DNA from: Octopus sinensis
Lineage: Eukaryota
Assembly: GCF_006345805.1 (NCBI RefSeq)
Contig: NW_021834909.1
Location: 1-44,683 of the forward strand
Direction: 5' to 3'
Length of the DNA: 44,683 nucleotides
The notes beneath the pieces were generated by a model, which ran no database searches, had not been told where the DNA came from, and worked only from the letters and a program-made list of their open reading frames with translations. The translations under genes were made by a program, and so were the position numbers. Below are positions 1 to 13,129 of the stretch, in pieces. Position 1 is the stretch's first letter, and the number at the start of each line of letters is the position of its first letter.

Positions 1-496
1 CCAATCGAGGACCTTGCGACCCGGTCACAAATATAATTAAACCCTTCGTAATTTAAGAGGAATACGTAACTAAAAATCCGGAATATTCAAACAGTAATAA
101 TGTTTCTATTGTGGAAGTATATATTAAGCAAAATAAAATTATGATAGATATGAGCAAATCGAAATTACTGAGTATGACGTGTAGCATGTATTTGAACAAC
201 AAAGAATGATAAGGGTGACTGAAATACAATAATATACAGATAGATCCTTGATTTGGAGATGGGGCTACAATCGCTTGGTGGTAACTGAGAACAACTTCAA
301 ATGTCCATATTGAAGGATTCTTTAAAATTGACAAAGCTTTATGGCAAAAACTGTTTGATTATACAGCAACCACCATCAAGGGCATACTTTCAGACACTAA
401 CACACACACACAAACACACACACAAACACACGCGCGCGCGCACGCGCGCACACACACACACACACATACATACACATATGCATGATAATATCATGT

Positions 497-795
497 GATC
501 ACGTGATCGACCAGACCATCAGTTGTTGTTACACATCGCTGGTCACAATGCGTTCGCATTGTTTTAGCCTTCGAATGACGCCACCCCGCTGGCTAAGCGA
601 GCAGGCCAACAGAAGAAAGAGTGGGAGAAAGAGTGGTGAAAGAGTACAGCAGGGATCACCACCCCCTCCCGGAGCCTCGTGGAGCTTTTAGGTGTTTTCG
701 CTCAATAAACACACACAACGCCCGGTCTGGGAATCGAAACCGCGATCCTGCGACCGCGAGTCCGCTGCCCTAACCACTAGGCCATTGCGCCTCCA
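497..795 (-). mobile_element. tRNA-derived SINE (family B), full length
   Basis: Minus strand begins GGAGGCGCAATGGCCTAGTGGTTAGGGCAGCGG...GGTTTCGATTCCCAGACC (Pol III A and B boxes). The 3' part recurs at 4412-4523. Confidence 0.85.
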
Positions 796-869
796 CACAT
801 GATAATATATTGGCTTCAAATTTTGTATCGATAAAATAAATAACAATCATTTACTGGAATCGATGTAAT

Positions 870-1025
870 TGATGCCAATAGACAACTGGTGCCTGTACGT
901 ATTTTATAACCCCGAAAGGATGAAAGTCAAGGTCAATCTTTGTGGAATTTGGACCCAGAACTTAAAGACAAACGAAATTCCGCTAAGAATTTTGCCTGGC
1001 ATGTTAACGATGTTGCCAGCTCACC
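870..1025 (-). mobile_element. SINE family C, degraded copy
   Basis: Shares ccccgaaaggatgaaagtcaaggtc...gaatttg..cccagaac with copies at 10950, 18712 and 19165. Confidence 0.7.
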
Positions 1026-1129
1026 AGCTTCGCACATTTACATCAAACTGGTATTTCGTCGGTTTCGACGATCCCACCTTTCATGAAATTTGCTTGAAAT
1101 TGGTTGAGCACTCCACAGACACGCGTAAC

Positions 1130-1256
1130 CTTAACGTATGGAGATTCGGGGTGACACCGAATGCAACAGGGCAGGTCCGTTGAAATACAGGTACAACTCA
1201 TTTTGTGCCAGATGAGTGGACTGTTGCAATGTGAATAAAGTGTCTTGCTCAAGGAT
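1130..1256 (-). mobile_element. SINE family D fragment (CORE-like)
   Basis: Reverse complement tccttgagcaagacactttattcacattgcaacagtccactca..aaatgagttg matches the copy at 20153-20464. Confidence 0.6.
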
Positions 1257-1414
1257 GCTGTGAGGTAAGTAACTTGCTTACCAGCCACATGGTTCCAGGT
1301 TCAGTCTTCCTCCGTGGTACCTTTAGCAACTATGTTCTACTATAGCCTCAACCGACCAAAGCCTTGTGAGTGGATTTGGTAGACGGAAACTGAAATAAGC
1401 CCGTCTTATATATG

Positions 1415-1471
<57 letters not shown>

Positions 1472-1703
1472 GTGTGTATGTGTGTTTGTGTGTGTTTGTG
1501 TCTGTGTTTGTCCCTCCAACATCGCTTGGCAACCGATGCTGGTGTGTTTACGTCCCAGTATCTTAGCGGTTAGGCAAAAGAGGCCGATAGAATAAGTATT
1601 AGGCTTTCGAAAGAATAAGTCATGGGTCGATTTGCTCGACTAAAGGCGGTGCTCCAGCATAGCTGCAGTCAAATGACTGAAACAATTAAAAGAGTAAAAG
1701 AGT
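1257..1703 (+). mobile_element. SINE family A with internal (TA)/(TG) microsatellite
   Basis: Head gctgtgaggtaagtaacttgcttacc..ggttccaggttcagtc, body gccttgtgagtggatttggtagacggaaactga, tail ggcggtgctccagcat..cagtcaaatgactgaaac. About 10 related copies occur in the window. Confidence 0.9.
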
Positions 1704-2353
1704 AGATCATCCAATAAGTGATCAGCATAATTTACAAGGTTTCATTTTCTGGTGATAGTTATATAAACCACTGTACGTGAGTAGCGATTACTGGTTTCAC
1801 ACGTTCGCATTCACTTGTCTCAATTCACGAGACTATCCCCGTGGGAGAGCAACGTTTCATAGTAACAACGTTTGTATTTAAGATACTGCTTTCTTGTTAC
1901 ATAATAAAACTGACGAGAAGCCTTTCTCAGCACAATTCACTTTGTAAATACATAGTTATCTCTGATATCTTTGATGAAGATGTTATCTATCCCCTTGTTC
2001 AGATTGGATCAAAATGATTTATAGCCAAAAGGAATTTTAGTCCTCACCAAGCCAATCCTTTCTTCTTATATTGTGTATCATAGACTTTATTGTCCAATAG
2101 CCTTCAAGTTGGATTTTTCATGCGGATATTTGATAGTAGATACATATCTACATGTAGTATATATATCTGTCTCCGTCTTCATAGATCTATGAAAACATCC
2201 TGCTCTGAATCTGTCTGTTTTTCTCTCTCTCTCTCTCTCTCTCTCACTCTCTCTCGCTCGCTCTCTCTCTAAAACGCTCTCGCTTACTCTGTGCCTATGT
2301 TTTACTAGCTATCTAATCAACTTTAGCTATGTATAATGTGTATACATACATAC

Positions 2354-2386
<33 letters not shown>

Positions 2387-2389
2387 TTT

Positions 2390-2624
2390 AACGGGAAGCT
2401 TTATGAAAATAAACAAAAGACGAAGGCAGGTGGAATACAAACAAACAATTGTATTAGTATGGCGCTCAGGAATATAAATAAAACAAGTCTTTTACGTTTC
2501 GAGCCTACTCTCTTCAACAGAAAGATACAGAAAAGAAACACGGAGAGAACAAGGAGAGAAAAAAGCGTGCAGAAGCTAGCAAATCAACATATATATACAT
2601 ATAATATATATATATAATATAATA

Positions 2625-2674
<50 letters not shown>

Positions 2675-2900
2675 ACGGGAAGCTTTATGAAAATAAACAA
2701 AAGACGAAGGCAGGTGGAATACAAACAAACAATTGTATTAGTATGGCGCTCAGGAATAATAAAACAAGTCTTTTACTTTTCGAGCCTACGCTCTTCAACA
2801 GAAAAAGATACACAGAAAAGAAACACGGAAAGGACAAGGAGAGAAAAAAAATGCGTGCAGAAGCTAGCGAATCAACATGGCGATCTGGTGATCGCCATGT
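2390..2900 (-). repeat. Two copies (2390-2590, 2675-2900) of a Penelope-type terminal repeat separated by (TA)n
   Basis: Near-identical ~200-bp copies, with a third partial copy at 21203-21260. The reverse complement ccacctgccttcgtcttttgtttattttc resembles the 3' end of the Penelope element at 14670-14706. Confidence 0.75.
2487..2525 (-). ncRNA. Hammerhead-like fold (variant core CUGUUGA)
   Basis: UCUUU-CUGUUGA-A-GAGAGUAGGCUC-GAAAC-GUA-AAAGA: 5-bp stem I, GAG/CUC stem II, palindromic ACGU stem III. Confidence 0.5.
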
Positions 2901-2926
2901 ATATATATTTATATATACATATTTAC

Positions 2927-2992
<66 letters not shown>

Positions 2993-3142
2993 ATATGTAT
3001 GTGTGTGATAGGCATACATATATGTTTGGGCTTGTTATATAAAGCATAGATACCTACATATATAAATACATACACATGTAAATATATATATGGATATATA
3101 TATAGAGAGAAAAGCAATATATACTATATATATATATATATT

Positions 3143-3188
<46 letters not shown>

Positions 3189-3437
3189 GATTGAGGGACC
3201 GACAATATATAAGGACACATATACAGAGAGAAACAAAAACTGAATTTATTCAAATGAACACTCTTACGTGCATATAAATATTTTTGTATTTGCAAAGTAA
3301 ATCGATTTGCATTGAGGACAAAAAAATTACAAAAACCTAAGAGAAGTCTGACAGCTGTTTCTGAGGACTTTGAATAACGTAATAGATCTAATGATACTGT
3401 ACTGGGATATGAAGTGCGCAAAAATTCAATTGCTCAC

Positions 3438-3510
3438 GGACATATGGCTTAGTGGTTCAGAGCGCGGGGTAAGTTCGATTCCAGGCAGCGACCTGAATAA
3501 TAATAATAGC
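3438..3510 (+). mobile_element. Very short tRNA-like SINE remnant
   Basis: A box TGGCTTAGTGG and B box AGTTCGATTCC, followed closely by an (AAT)n tail. Confidence 0.5.
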
Positions 3511-3649
3511 AATTAGTGGTTTGGAGTTTAACTGCTCTTTCTAGTCAATCAAGTATCCTATTCTTTGGGTATCCCTTTTGAGTTTGTACACTATATTCTT
3601 CTCTGAATATATATATATATATAACACACACATTTATATGCTATTATTC

Positions 3650-3793
3650 TGTTACGTGTTTCTGTCAGTCGACTACAGCCACGCTGGAGCACCGCCTTGA
3701 AATGTTTAGTCGAACAAATCGACCCCAACAGATTATCATTTTAAGTCTAATAATTATTCAAACGTCTCCCTCCTTTTCCGAACGCTAAGTTAC

Positions 3794-3797
<4 letters not shown>
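3650..3797 (-). mobile_element. SINE family A, 3' half
   Basis: gctggagcaccgcc...gtcgaacaaatcgacccc...ccgaacgctaagttacggg. Confidence 0.7.
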
Positions 3798-3838
<41 letters not shown>

Positions 3839-4046
3839 AATATATAATATATATATATATATATATATTAATATATATACAGCTTAGAGAAGAAGAAGAA
3901 ACGAAACGAAACAAACGAATCGAATCGAATCGACGCAAAGGCGCTCAGTCATACATAGTGTAATAAATAAATATATGCATACATACAAACATATATGTAC
4001 GTACCTACATCTACATGTATATATAATGCATATATAAATATATATA

Positions 4047-4335
4047 CGTGTGTACAGGACACCACAAATAGACGTAGAACTCAACGAGAAACGAAAACGT
4101 AAAAACAGCATGGAACGGAGCATTTTTTTAACAATGAAAAAACAAAGTACAAGACAACTACACAAGGAAAAATCCCCTTCATCAGCTTCCCTAGTTCAAC
4201 TCCAGCGTGTTTCGAAGGTGAGGACAGAACACGTCTAGCCGAAATAGGCCTTCCTGCGAAAGAATTAAATAAAATTCCGTTGCAGAGGAGTAAAAACAAG
4301 GAAAAAAATGTGACAAAAGCAGGACGTAAAAACAA
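4047..4335. repeat. (TA)n-embedded interspersed repeat, probably a Penelope-type end
   Basis: Bounded by (TA)n with a strong A/T strand skew. Loosely resembles the reverse complement of 39060-39200. Confidence 0.35.
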
Positions 4336-4411
4336 TATATATATATATATATATATATTAAGATATATATATATATATACATATATATATATGTAATATA
4401 TATATATCACG

Positions 4412-4523
4412 AGATCACGTGACCGACCAGACCATCAGATGTTGTTACACATCGCTGGTCACAATGTGTTCGCATTGTTTTAGCCTTTGAATGACGCCAC
4501 TCCGCTGGCTAAGCGAGCAAGCC
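4412..4523 (-). mobile_element. SINE family B, 3' fragment
   Basis: Near-identical to 497-607. Confidence 0.85.
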
Positions 4524-5331
4524 ATATATATATATATTCTAGCTGATAAAGACGATATCAACTCCATTACCCTGAAGCTAAAATAACTCCAAGAAATATG
4601 CCAATTTTATAACGTAAATTTGATTGCCGAAGATAGGATACCTTTCGCAGCTCATACACGTGTGATGGTAAATTACGAAAAATTCTTAGTGAACCTAATT
4701 TATGACATCTCCCTTACAATATGTTTGGCTCAGTATATCATTTGAAACTTTACAAGAAGAAATGAAGACAATTTTCTACAAAACCTTTTCATAACATCTT
4801 ATGTATTAGGTAGAGAGGCTCCCTCGTTGACTGACAGCGCTACCACAGCGATAATGTATTTACCCTATAACAGTACATACATAATCACTTCCATGTATCA
4901 TATCATCAAACACCACAGGAGAGGTTAAAAATTACGGACCACGTCTACATAACCTCAACCCCTCGGGACATGCACTTACAACCCTACAACACAGACGTCC
5001 GGGACTAAATGCAGAAAGATATTTAAACTCAATTATTTATTTTACCCCCTATTATCATTCCACTCTACACCCACATCATCCACCTGATCGGTAATTACTA
5101 CATATGTAAATAGTAGAGGCGAACTATCAGTCAAATACACCATTGTACTGTCTTAACATTTTCAGTCACTTAACTTCAGGGGTTTCTTATCAGCAAAGAA
5201 TCTATTTTGAATGTCATTTCAATAAGATAAATGCTAGATTCCTATTGATAGTAAAATGGAAAAATTTGAAAGGTTTTAATTTAGTTTCAGCGTTTTGTCT
5301 TCTGATCTTATTTTACACACTTTGATTTTGT

Positions 5332-5464
<133 letters not shown>

Positions 5465-5587
5465 TCCATTTTAATTCTTCTTTCTTATATGTGTTTTTTT
5501 TTTCTTATTCGTTTGTCAATGAAATGTTCTCTTCTAATCACAGACAACAGTAGAAATGAGAACAGTGTAGTAAGAACGACAACTCAG

Positions 5588-5621
<34 letters not shown>

Positions 5622-5934
5622 AATAGCAACAATAAAATCAGCAGTGTAGGATTATCTTATGAAATCCATTAGAAATAATTGGCATGCTGTAAATACATTC
5701 TTAACTTCCCGGAGAGAATAGCATTGGCATATATATATATAAATATATATATATGTATATATATATATATACATATGTATGTTTATATATGTATATATAC
5801 TACACATACATACATGCATACATATATATATATATATATGTATTTATATATTAGTATATTAGTGAGTTTCTGAATGTGTGTGTCTGTTTTTATTGTGGTT
5901 TTTATGAGTGTCTCCATATACATACATACATATA

Positions 5935-5980
<46 letters not shown>

Positions 5981-6200
5981 ATATATTATATATATATGTA
6001 TATATATATGTGTGTATGTATGTATACCATTTATACATACATAGATATAGAGATATATAGGTATAGGTATTTTCGATATAATTTGAAATAGATGTAGAAA
6101 GGTGCTGACACCGCTTCAATTGGAGAGACAAATTGGAATATGTCCGGATGACCTACACACATATGTGTATGTATGTTATCTATATATGTATATCTATATG

Positions 6201-6245
<45 letters not shown>

Positions 6246-6511
6246 TGTATATGCATGTATATATATACACTATATATACTATATATACTCTAGATATATG
6301 TAAATATATATATATGTACATATATCAGTTTTTCCGAGAGTGAATATCAGTGCGTGAATGTTCGAATGTGCCTATGTCTGTTCGTCCTCGTTTCATTTGC
6401 GAAAACGTAACGTGGATACTGCTTTGTTCCGCACGCACGTATAAAGAAAGACACGTATATAGTTACATTCACATATACTCACATGCATACAATCATACAT
6501 AAGTGTATATA

Positions 6512-8114
6512 CAGTTGCGGCCAAAATATTCAGAACGGCATTGTTTTCGTCAGAAAAGTAGATATATTTTTTTATCAAAGTTGTTTTATATTCTATAATT
6601 TTCACATACAATAAATACAATATTATGTGTTATTGCCGGAGAATTTGGTGTAATTTTAGAGGATAATACAAAAGTTATGAATGATTTAGTGATTTACTGC
6701 AAAACCCATGGCGACCAAAATGATCAGAACGGTTGCTTTTACTCCGTGTTTTAGTATATTTAACCGGCGAACTCTAATGTTTTGAATTTGTTTACGAGAC
6801 GGTTCGTTTACTAAACATTAGTAAGAATATTTGCAGTGTACTTTGTTAATATAATGCCTCTTACTTCGTTACCAATTCGTCAGCAGATTATTAAGTTTCG
6901 ATGGAAGGATAATTTAAGTATTGGATCTATTGCAAAGATTGTTAACAAGTCAAAAAGTATTGTACACGGTATTCTTAAGGTCTACGATGATTGTGGTTCG
7001 TGTGAAGCAAGAAAGTTTACAGGTAGGCCAAGAAAAAAAGACCAAGAGAAAAGATCGTGCTATGGTAAAATTGGTTAAAAAGGACAGATTTAAAACTGCT
7101 GCTGCTGTTACTCGGAAAATGAGCATTGTATTGAAGAAAACTTTATCTCGAAAAACTGTGTCTCGTCGTTTAGTTGAATATGACCTACAAGCAAGAGCAC
7201 CTGCAGTGAAGCTACTGATCAGCTCCAAGAATAAAAAGTGTCGTCTTACTTTTGCAACCGAACATGTGTTGTGGTCTCAAGAAAAATGGCAAACGGTGCA
7301 TTTCAGTGATGAATCTAACTTTATGTTATTTGGCTCAGATGGGAAGAGGTACGTTCGTAGAAAAGTAGGTGAAAAATTGTTGTCTAAATGCCTTAAGACT
7401 AGTGTTAAATTCGGTGGAGGAAGTGTCATGGTTTGGGGGGTTATATCTGGAGATGGTGTGGGCCCTTTGGTGCGATTACATGAAAAGGCAAATGCAGGAG
7501 TTTATAAACAACTTGTAAAAGATCATGTCTTGCCTGTGCTGAGAAATTCAACTAAGCGACCACCCATAGTCATGCAGGACAATGCCCCATGTCACAAGGC
7601 TAAGGTGGTCATGAACTTCCTCAAGGCTGAAAAGGTTATTGTCATGGATTGGCCTGTTCGAAGCCCACATCTCAATCCTATTGAAAATGTGTGGAATATT
7701 CTAGGAGAACGTTTGAATGCCAGAAATCCTAAAACAACTGAGCAATTATGGAATGCCCTTCAGGAAGAATGGAATAAGATCACCCAGCAAGAAATTGAAA
7801 ATTTAGTTTCCTCATGCAGTCGAAGATGTCAGAGTGTGATTGAAGCTAAAGGGCTTCACACTAAATATTAAATAATTCCAGTATTCTCTGTCATTTTTGA
7901 TTACTTTGTTATTTTTTCAACCGTTCTGATCATTTTGGCCGCCATAGGTTTTGCAGAAAATCCCTAAATCATCCATAACTTTTGTATTATCCTCTCAAAT
8001 TAGACCAAAATCTCAGACAATAACAATTTATAAAATATAAAACTACTTTGATAAAAAGTTATACCTACTTTTCTGACGAAAACAATGCCGTTCTGAACAT
8101 TTTGGCCGCAACTG
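6512..8114 (+). mobile_element. Tc1-family DNA transposon, full length (~1.6 kb)
   Basis: TA|CAGTTGCGGCCAAAAT...ATTTTGGCCGCAACTG|TA, with a TA target duplication, long TIRs (6512-6734, 7919-8114) and an internal transposase. Confidence 0.97.
6854..7871 (+). pseudogene. Tc1 DD34E transposase with one +1 frameshift (~338 aa if repaired)
   Basis: MPLTSLPIRQQII..GRPRK lies in one frame and shifts in an A7 run near 7033-7039. The next frame has FSDES, GGGSVMVWG, MQDNAPCH-(34 residues between D and E)-SPHLNPIENVW, and ends GLHTKY*. Confidence 0.95.
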
Positions 8115-8159
8115 TATATGTGTGTGGGTGAGTGTGCGCCTATGTTTGTGTGTATTCTT

Positions 8160-8403
8160 TTATACTTCTTTTACCAGTTTCAGTCATTTGACTGCGGCCA
8201 TGCTGGAGCACCGCCTTTCGCCGAACGAATCCACCCCAGGACCTATTTTTTGTTAAGCCTAGTACTTATTCTATCGGTCTCATTTGCTGACCCACTAGGT
8301 TATAGTGATGTAAAAACATCAACATCAGTTGTCAATCGACGGTGGATTGACAAACATAGGCACGCAAACATATACACACACACATCCATCCATCCATCCA
8401 TCC

Positions 8404-8438
<35 letters not shown>

Positions 8439-8590
8439 ATATATGTACAACGAGCTACTTTCAGTTTCCGTCTACGAAATCCACTCACAAGACGTTTGTC
8501 CGCCTGCGGCTATAGTGAAAGATACTTGCCCAAGGTGCTACGCAGTGGAACTGAACTCCGAACCATGTGGTTGGGAAGTAAGCTTCTTTA
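8160..8590 (-). mobile_element. SINE family A
   Basis: Reverse complement of the 1257-1703 type sequence. Confidence 0.9.
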
Positions 8591-8699
8591 TTTCATTACA
8601 TTAGCTATAATGGCCTTACATATAGAAAGAAGCTGCGGTCTGGGACAGAGACATAATGTTATATGAGATGAAAAGTGAAAATGATGATTAATGAAGGAA

Positions 8700-10000
8700 A
8701 TAGACAACGCCCGCCGATTGTTGTTTCCCGAAAACATTGTTCTCTTATTTATCATACAATAAACCTCTTACAATTATTGATAATTGTTCATTAAAACACA
8801 CACAAAAATGAGTCACTACGTCTCGTACGTTGGTTAAAAACAGAATGAGGTTTCAAACCTCTTTTCAGTTCACAATATCGAGGCTTTCTAACCTCTGCCC
8901 ATTGTCCTCTTCAGTATCGCTTGTGACCCCGTACCCCGCCATTTCCCATGCCTTACTCAAGCACGAAGCGGGTGACGTGTCGGGGCCGCCCACGATATTC
9001 TCCACAAGCGATATTCCCCATTGAGCTTCTTCAGCCTTTCCAACACGGGAAACGTTATGACCTCCACAGCTATCTGCGGAGGCCATTCGGGATCTGTGTG
9101 CAGGTCACATTGCTCCCTCATGGTGCTTCTCCAACACCTTCTCCACCTATACGATCCTGTAGAAGAAGACAAGTAATTCTTCTTCCTCAGGAGATGAGGC
9201 AGTCACTTTCACCGTTGGTGGCAAAATTCCCACCAACGATGGCTTTTCCCCCGTCGGTGGCACAATTTCCACCGACGAAGTTCCGGGACATTCCGGTATT
9301 GTGTTACCAACTGCAGGCAACGTCCCATTTCTCCTTTTCTTCCACTTTTATTCTTCTTAACTGAGGAAAGGTGAGATTCCTCTGTGACCGGGAGATCCGC
9401 CTCCCCTCCCCTCCCTCATCCCTAGGATCCCTCGGTGAACACCCATTGTTGCTCACCTTCTTCCTCTTGCTGACCTTCTTTCAGGAATTCCCCGCCTCCG
9501 TTCCCTCTTCTACAGAGGTCTCAACCAACTACTCCAGGACCTTGCTTTGATCCTGGGGGGCAGTTCTTTTTTATATGGCCAGGTTTCAGACAACGCCGAC
9601 ACTTGTGTGGGGGGTGACCCCCAAGTATCACCGGGTAACTGCACCCGGCCATTTTCAAAAAAATCCGGAAAAACAAGATTCTTGGCTAATTGGGTCCACA
9701 GGGTCAAAACAGATTTGCCCCAAATCAATCAGCCGCAGGCAAAACTTTCCTATCGAGGAGCTTGGCTCCACTGCCACCCAGACCCCGGCGGATAGTTTCC
9801 TCTATCCACTCGAGTTCTATCCCGGTTGGTAACCCGCAGACCACACTGATGACGGGATACTACTCAGAAACCCGGGTCCATGTGTATGACGTCAGGCTAG
9901 AGATGGGAATGATGATTTTCCTTCGCAAATACTGATCTGGCACAGACAGCGTGTTTTTAGCCAGCTGGAAGAGATGACTTACTGGCGCTATAAACTACAG
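8700..10000 (-). pseudogene. Decayed gag/ORF1-like retroelement region with CCHC zinc knuckle
   Basis: Minus strand 9601-9560 translates CRRCLKPGHIKKNC (CX2CX4HX4C). The block is richer in GC than its flanks and broken by stops. Boundaries are approximate. Confidence 0.65.
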
Positions 10001-10124
10001 TAGTATCATCCCATATACTTCACGATCTAAAAGAGTTACTCACTTCCCGAGCGTTAAACTAATACATCTGTTTGTTGTTTACACACCCGTCTTCGTCTTT
10101 TGTCCCTCTCTCTCTCTCTCTCTC

Positions 10125-10488
10125 TCTCTTTTACTCTTTTACTTGTTTCAGTCATTTGATTGCTGCCATGCTGGAGCACCGCCTTTAGTCGAGCAAATCG
10201 AACCCGGGACTTATTCTTTGTAAGCCCAGTACTTATTCTATCAGTCTCTTTTGCCGAACCGCTAAGTGACGGGGACGTAAAACACCAGCATCGGTTGTCA
10301 AGCAATGCTAGGGGGACAAACACAGACACACAAACACACACACAACATCATATATATATATACTATATACGACAGGCTTCTTTCAGTTCCGTCTACCAAA
10401 TCCACTCACAAGCCTTGGTCGGCCCGAGGCTATAGCAGAAGACACTTGCCCAAGATGTCACGCAGGGGACTGAACCCGGAACCATGTG
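10125..10488 (-). mobile_element. SINE family A
   Basis: Same tail, body and head motifs. Confidence 0.9.
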
Positions 10489-10949
10489 ATATATAATATA
10501 TTATATATATATATATATATACAAACATATAGATAGATATCGATATTTGGTTGGTATCTAAAGAAGTTTATAATCTTTCAGGACAATAGCGAATAACTGT
10601 ATTTTGGAATAATGTTAACATGGTTTTGAAAAACTCTTTCGAAAGACTGTTCCCGGGAGTGGAACACGGAGTTCTTGTAAGCATTTCAGGCGATATACTA
10701 CAGGACCAAATAATCTTTTGAATTACGCTGTGTATTTTAAATACTTAGTTCTTACGAGTGAACTATATGCTTTAGACGTTATAAAGAGATGTGAATTCGA
10801 ATTCCATGAGCAGCCTTAAAGATGATCGGTAAAAAATTCATTGTTATAGCTTTATAATTATGACTCGATACAGACAATTAGAAAATTCACAAAATGAGTA
10901 GACACACATTCACACACACGTACTTGCGCGCACATTCTTCTGCATATAA

Positions 10950-11110
10950 CCTATTCTACTCTAGGCACACGGCCCGAAATTTTTGGGGAGTGGGCCTGTC
11001 GATTAGATCGACCTCAGAATGCAACTGGTACTTATTTTGTCGAACCCGAAAGGATGAAAGGCAAAGTCGACCTTGACGGAATTTAAACTCAGAACGTAAC
11101 GACTGACAAA
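10950..11110 (-). mobile_element. SINE family C
   Basis: caactggtacttattttgtcgaacccgaaaggatgaaaggcaaagtcgacc..gaatttaaactcagaacg. Confidence 0.85.
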
Positions 11111-11255
11111 TTCTTCTTCTTCTTCTTGTTCTTCTTCCTTTTCTTCTTCTTCTTCTTCTTCTTCTTCTTCTTCTTCTTTTCTTCTTCTTCTTCTTCTTCT
11201 TCTTCTTCTTCTTCTTCTTCTTCTTCTTCGTCTTCTTCTCTTCTTCTTCTTCTTC
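11110..11255. repeat. (TTC)n microsatellite
   Basis: Direct reading. Confidence 0.98.
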
Positions 11256-11400
11256 TGCTACGTATGTAATGTGTCTTATTGCCTAAACACAAGTTATGGC
11301 GTACTTAAGTTAGAATTCTGCTATTCAGATACATCCCTGATACCCCTCGTGTATATGATAAAAATATATATATATAAATTGAACGTTGTCCACATATGTG

Positions 11401-11444
<44 letters not shown>

Positions 11445-12069
11445 GAGTGTATATGTATCTCTCTCCTGATCTCAATGTCTCCCTCTGTACGCACATATAT
11501 TTTTGTATATATATATATATATATATACACGCATACATATGCATTAAGACATACATATTTATAAAATCTGCAACTATGAATATTAATAGAAAAATTTTAG
11601 ACATATTGTGCATATGTATATATGTTATATACCGACGGAAGTATATTCACATTTCTACATTCTCTTTGATATATACGTACACACGCAGAAGTACACACAC
11701 ACACCACACACACACATATACACATACATTTATATATGCACAAACATATACATATATTCGTATATATATACATGTATGTATGTGCATTTATATTATATAT
11801 GTTTTATCTAACTATTATATATATAATTATATATATATATATATATATATGTCATTGGAGAGAGAGAGATAAAATCTATCTATCTTAATATATAAATTAT
11901 ATATGTATATACGCATAGATAAACGTATTATACATATACATAGAATTATAAGTATATATATGTCTGTGTCTTTGTACCCACAAACACACACACATATATT
12001 ATATATATATATATATATATATAATTTATATATATATATACATATATTTATATATATCTATATATTTAT

Positions 12070-12127
<58 letters not shown>

Positions 12128-13048
12128 ATATAATATAACCTATACATATAATATATATGTATGTATATATACATGTGTCGATCTATACTATATTTATAAA
12201 TATATGGATGCAAGATTGGCCATGTGGCGACGAAAAATTGCGATTTCTGCTTTCAACATGACTATTAAATTTTTAAAAAAAGAAATATGTTTTCTCTATA
12301 TTCATTTATGATTTATTATTTTATAATTTTTTCTCCAAATCATTCCGTCATTGATTGATATATGGAAATTTTTGTGAAACAATATACGAAATTTAAATTA
12401 GAATTTGATATTCTTGTATTGTGTTGTTTTTTTATGCTTTGTATTCTGGAACGCTCACATCACACTGGAGCCTGGTTTCTTTAAGTTGTTATTAAGGAAG
12501 TATTTACACTTTACAAAGAAACCTGGTCTTCTGTTTTCTGGCTGAGAATTAATAACAGTGTCCGAGGAAATAACAGGAAAGTTTAGATGTATTGTACGTT
12601 GCCAGAGACGACGACAATATATAAATTTATGCATAAATGGGTATATTTGTATAAATCGTTAGATGAATAAGTAGATTTGTGTATGCATGTATGTATCTGT
12701 ATTTTAGTCTGTATGTAGATGTATGTATGTATGTATGTATGTATGTATGTATGTATCTATCTATCTATCTGTCTATCGATCTATCTATCTATTAATATAT
12801 TATTTATATTCATTACATATAAAGAATAGATAGACAAACATCACATACATTTAAATGTATGTACATATATTGTATTTATACATGCATATATACAGACTTG
12901 CATACATGCATATAAATGTATATATGTGTGTTTACATTTATTTATGTTTTTCGTATACAAATATACATACAACCATATGTATACACACACACATACACAC
13001 CTATAAATATATATATATAGAGATAGATAGATAGATAGATAGATAGGT

Positions 13049-13082
<34 letters not shown>

Positions 13083-13129
13083 GTATGTATATATATATGT
13101 ATAAATATATATATTTATCCATATATATA

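Noticed and set aside
4170-4220. Type II hammerhead on the minus strand (GAAAC...CUGAUGA)
   Set aside because: Core words are present but I cannot form credible stems I and III.
4540-5140. Decayed Penelope GIY-YIG C-terminus (..TLQHRRPGLN..)
   Set aside because: One short weak motif with no supporting upstream motifs.
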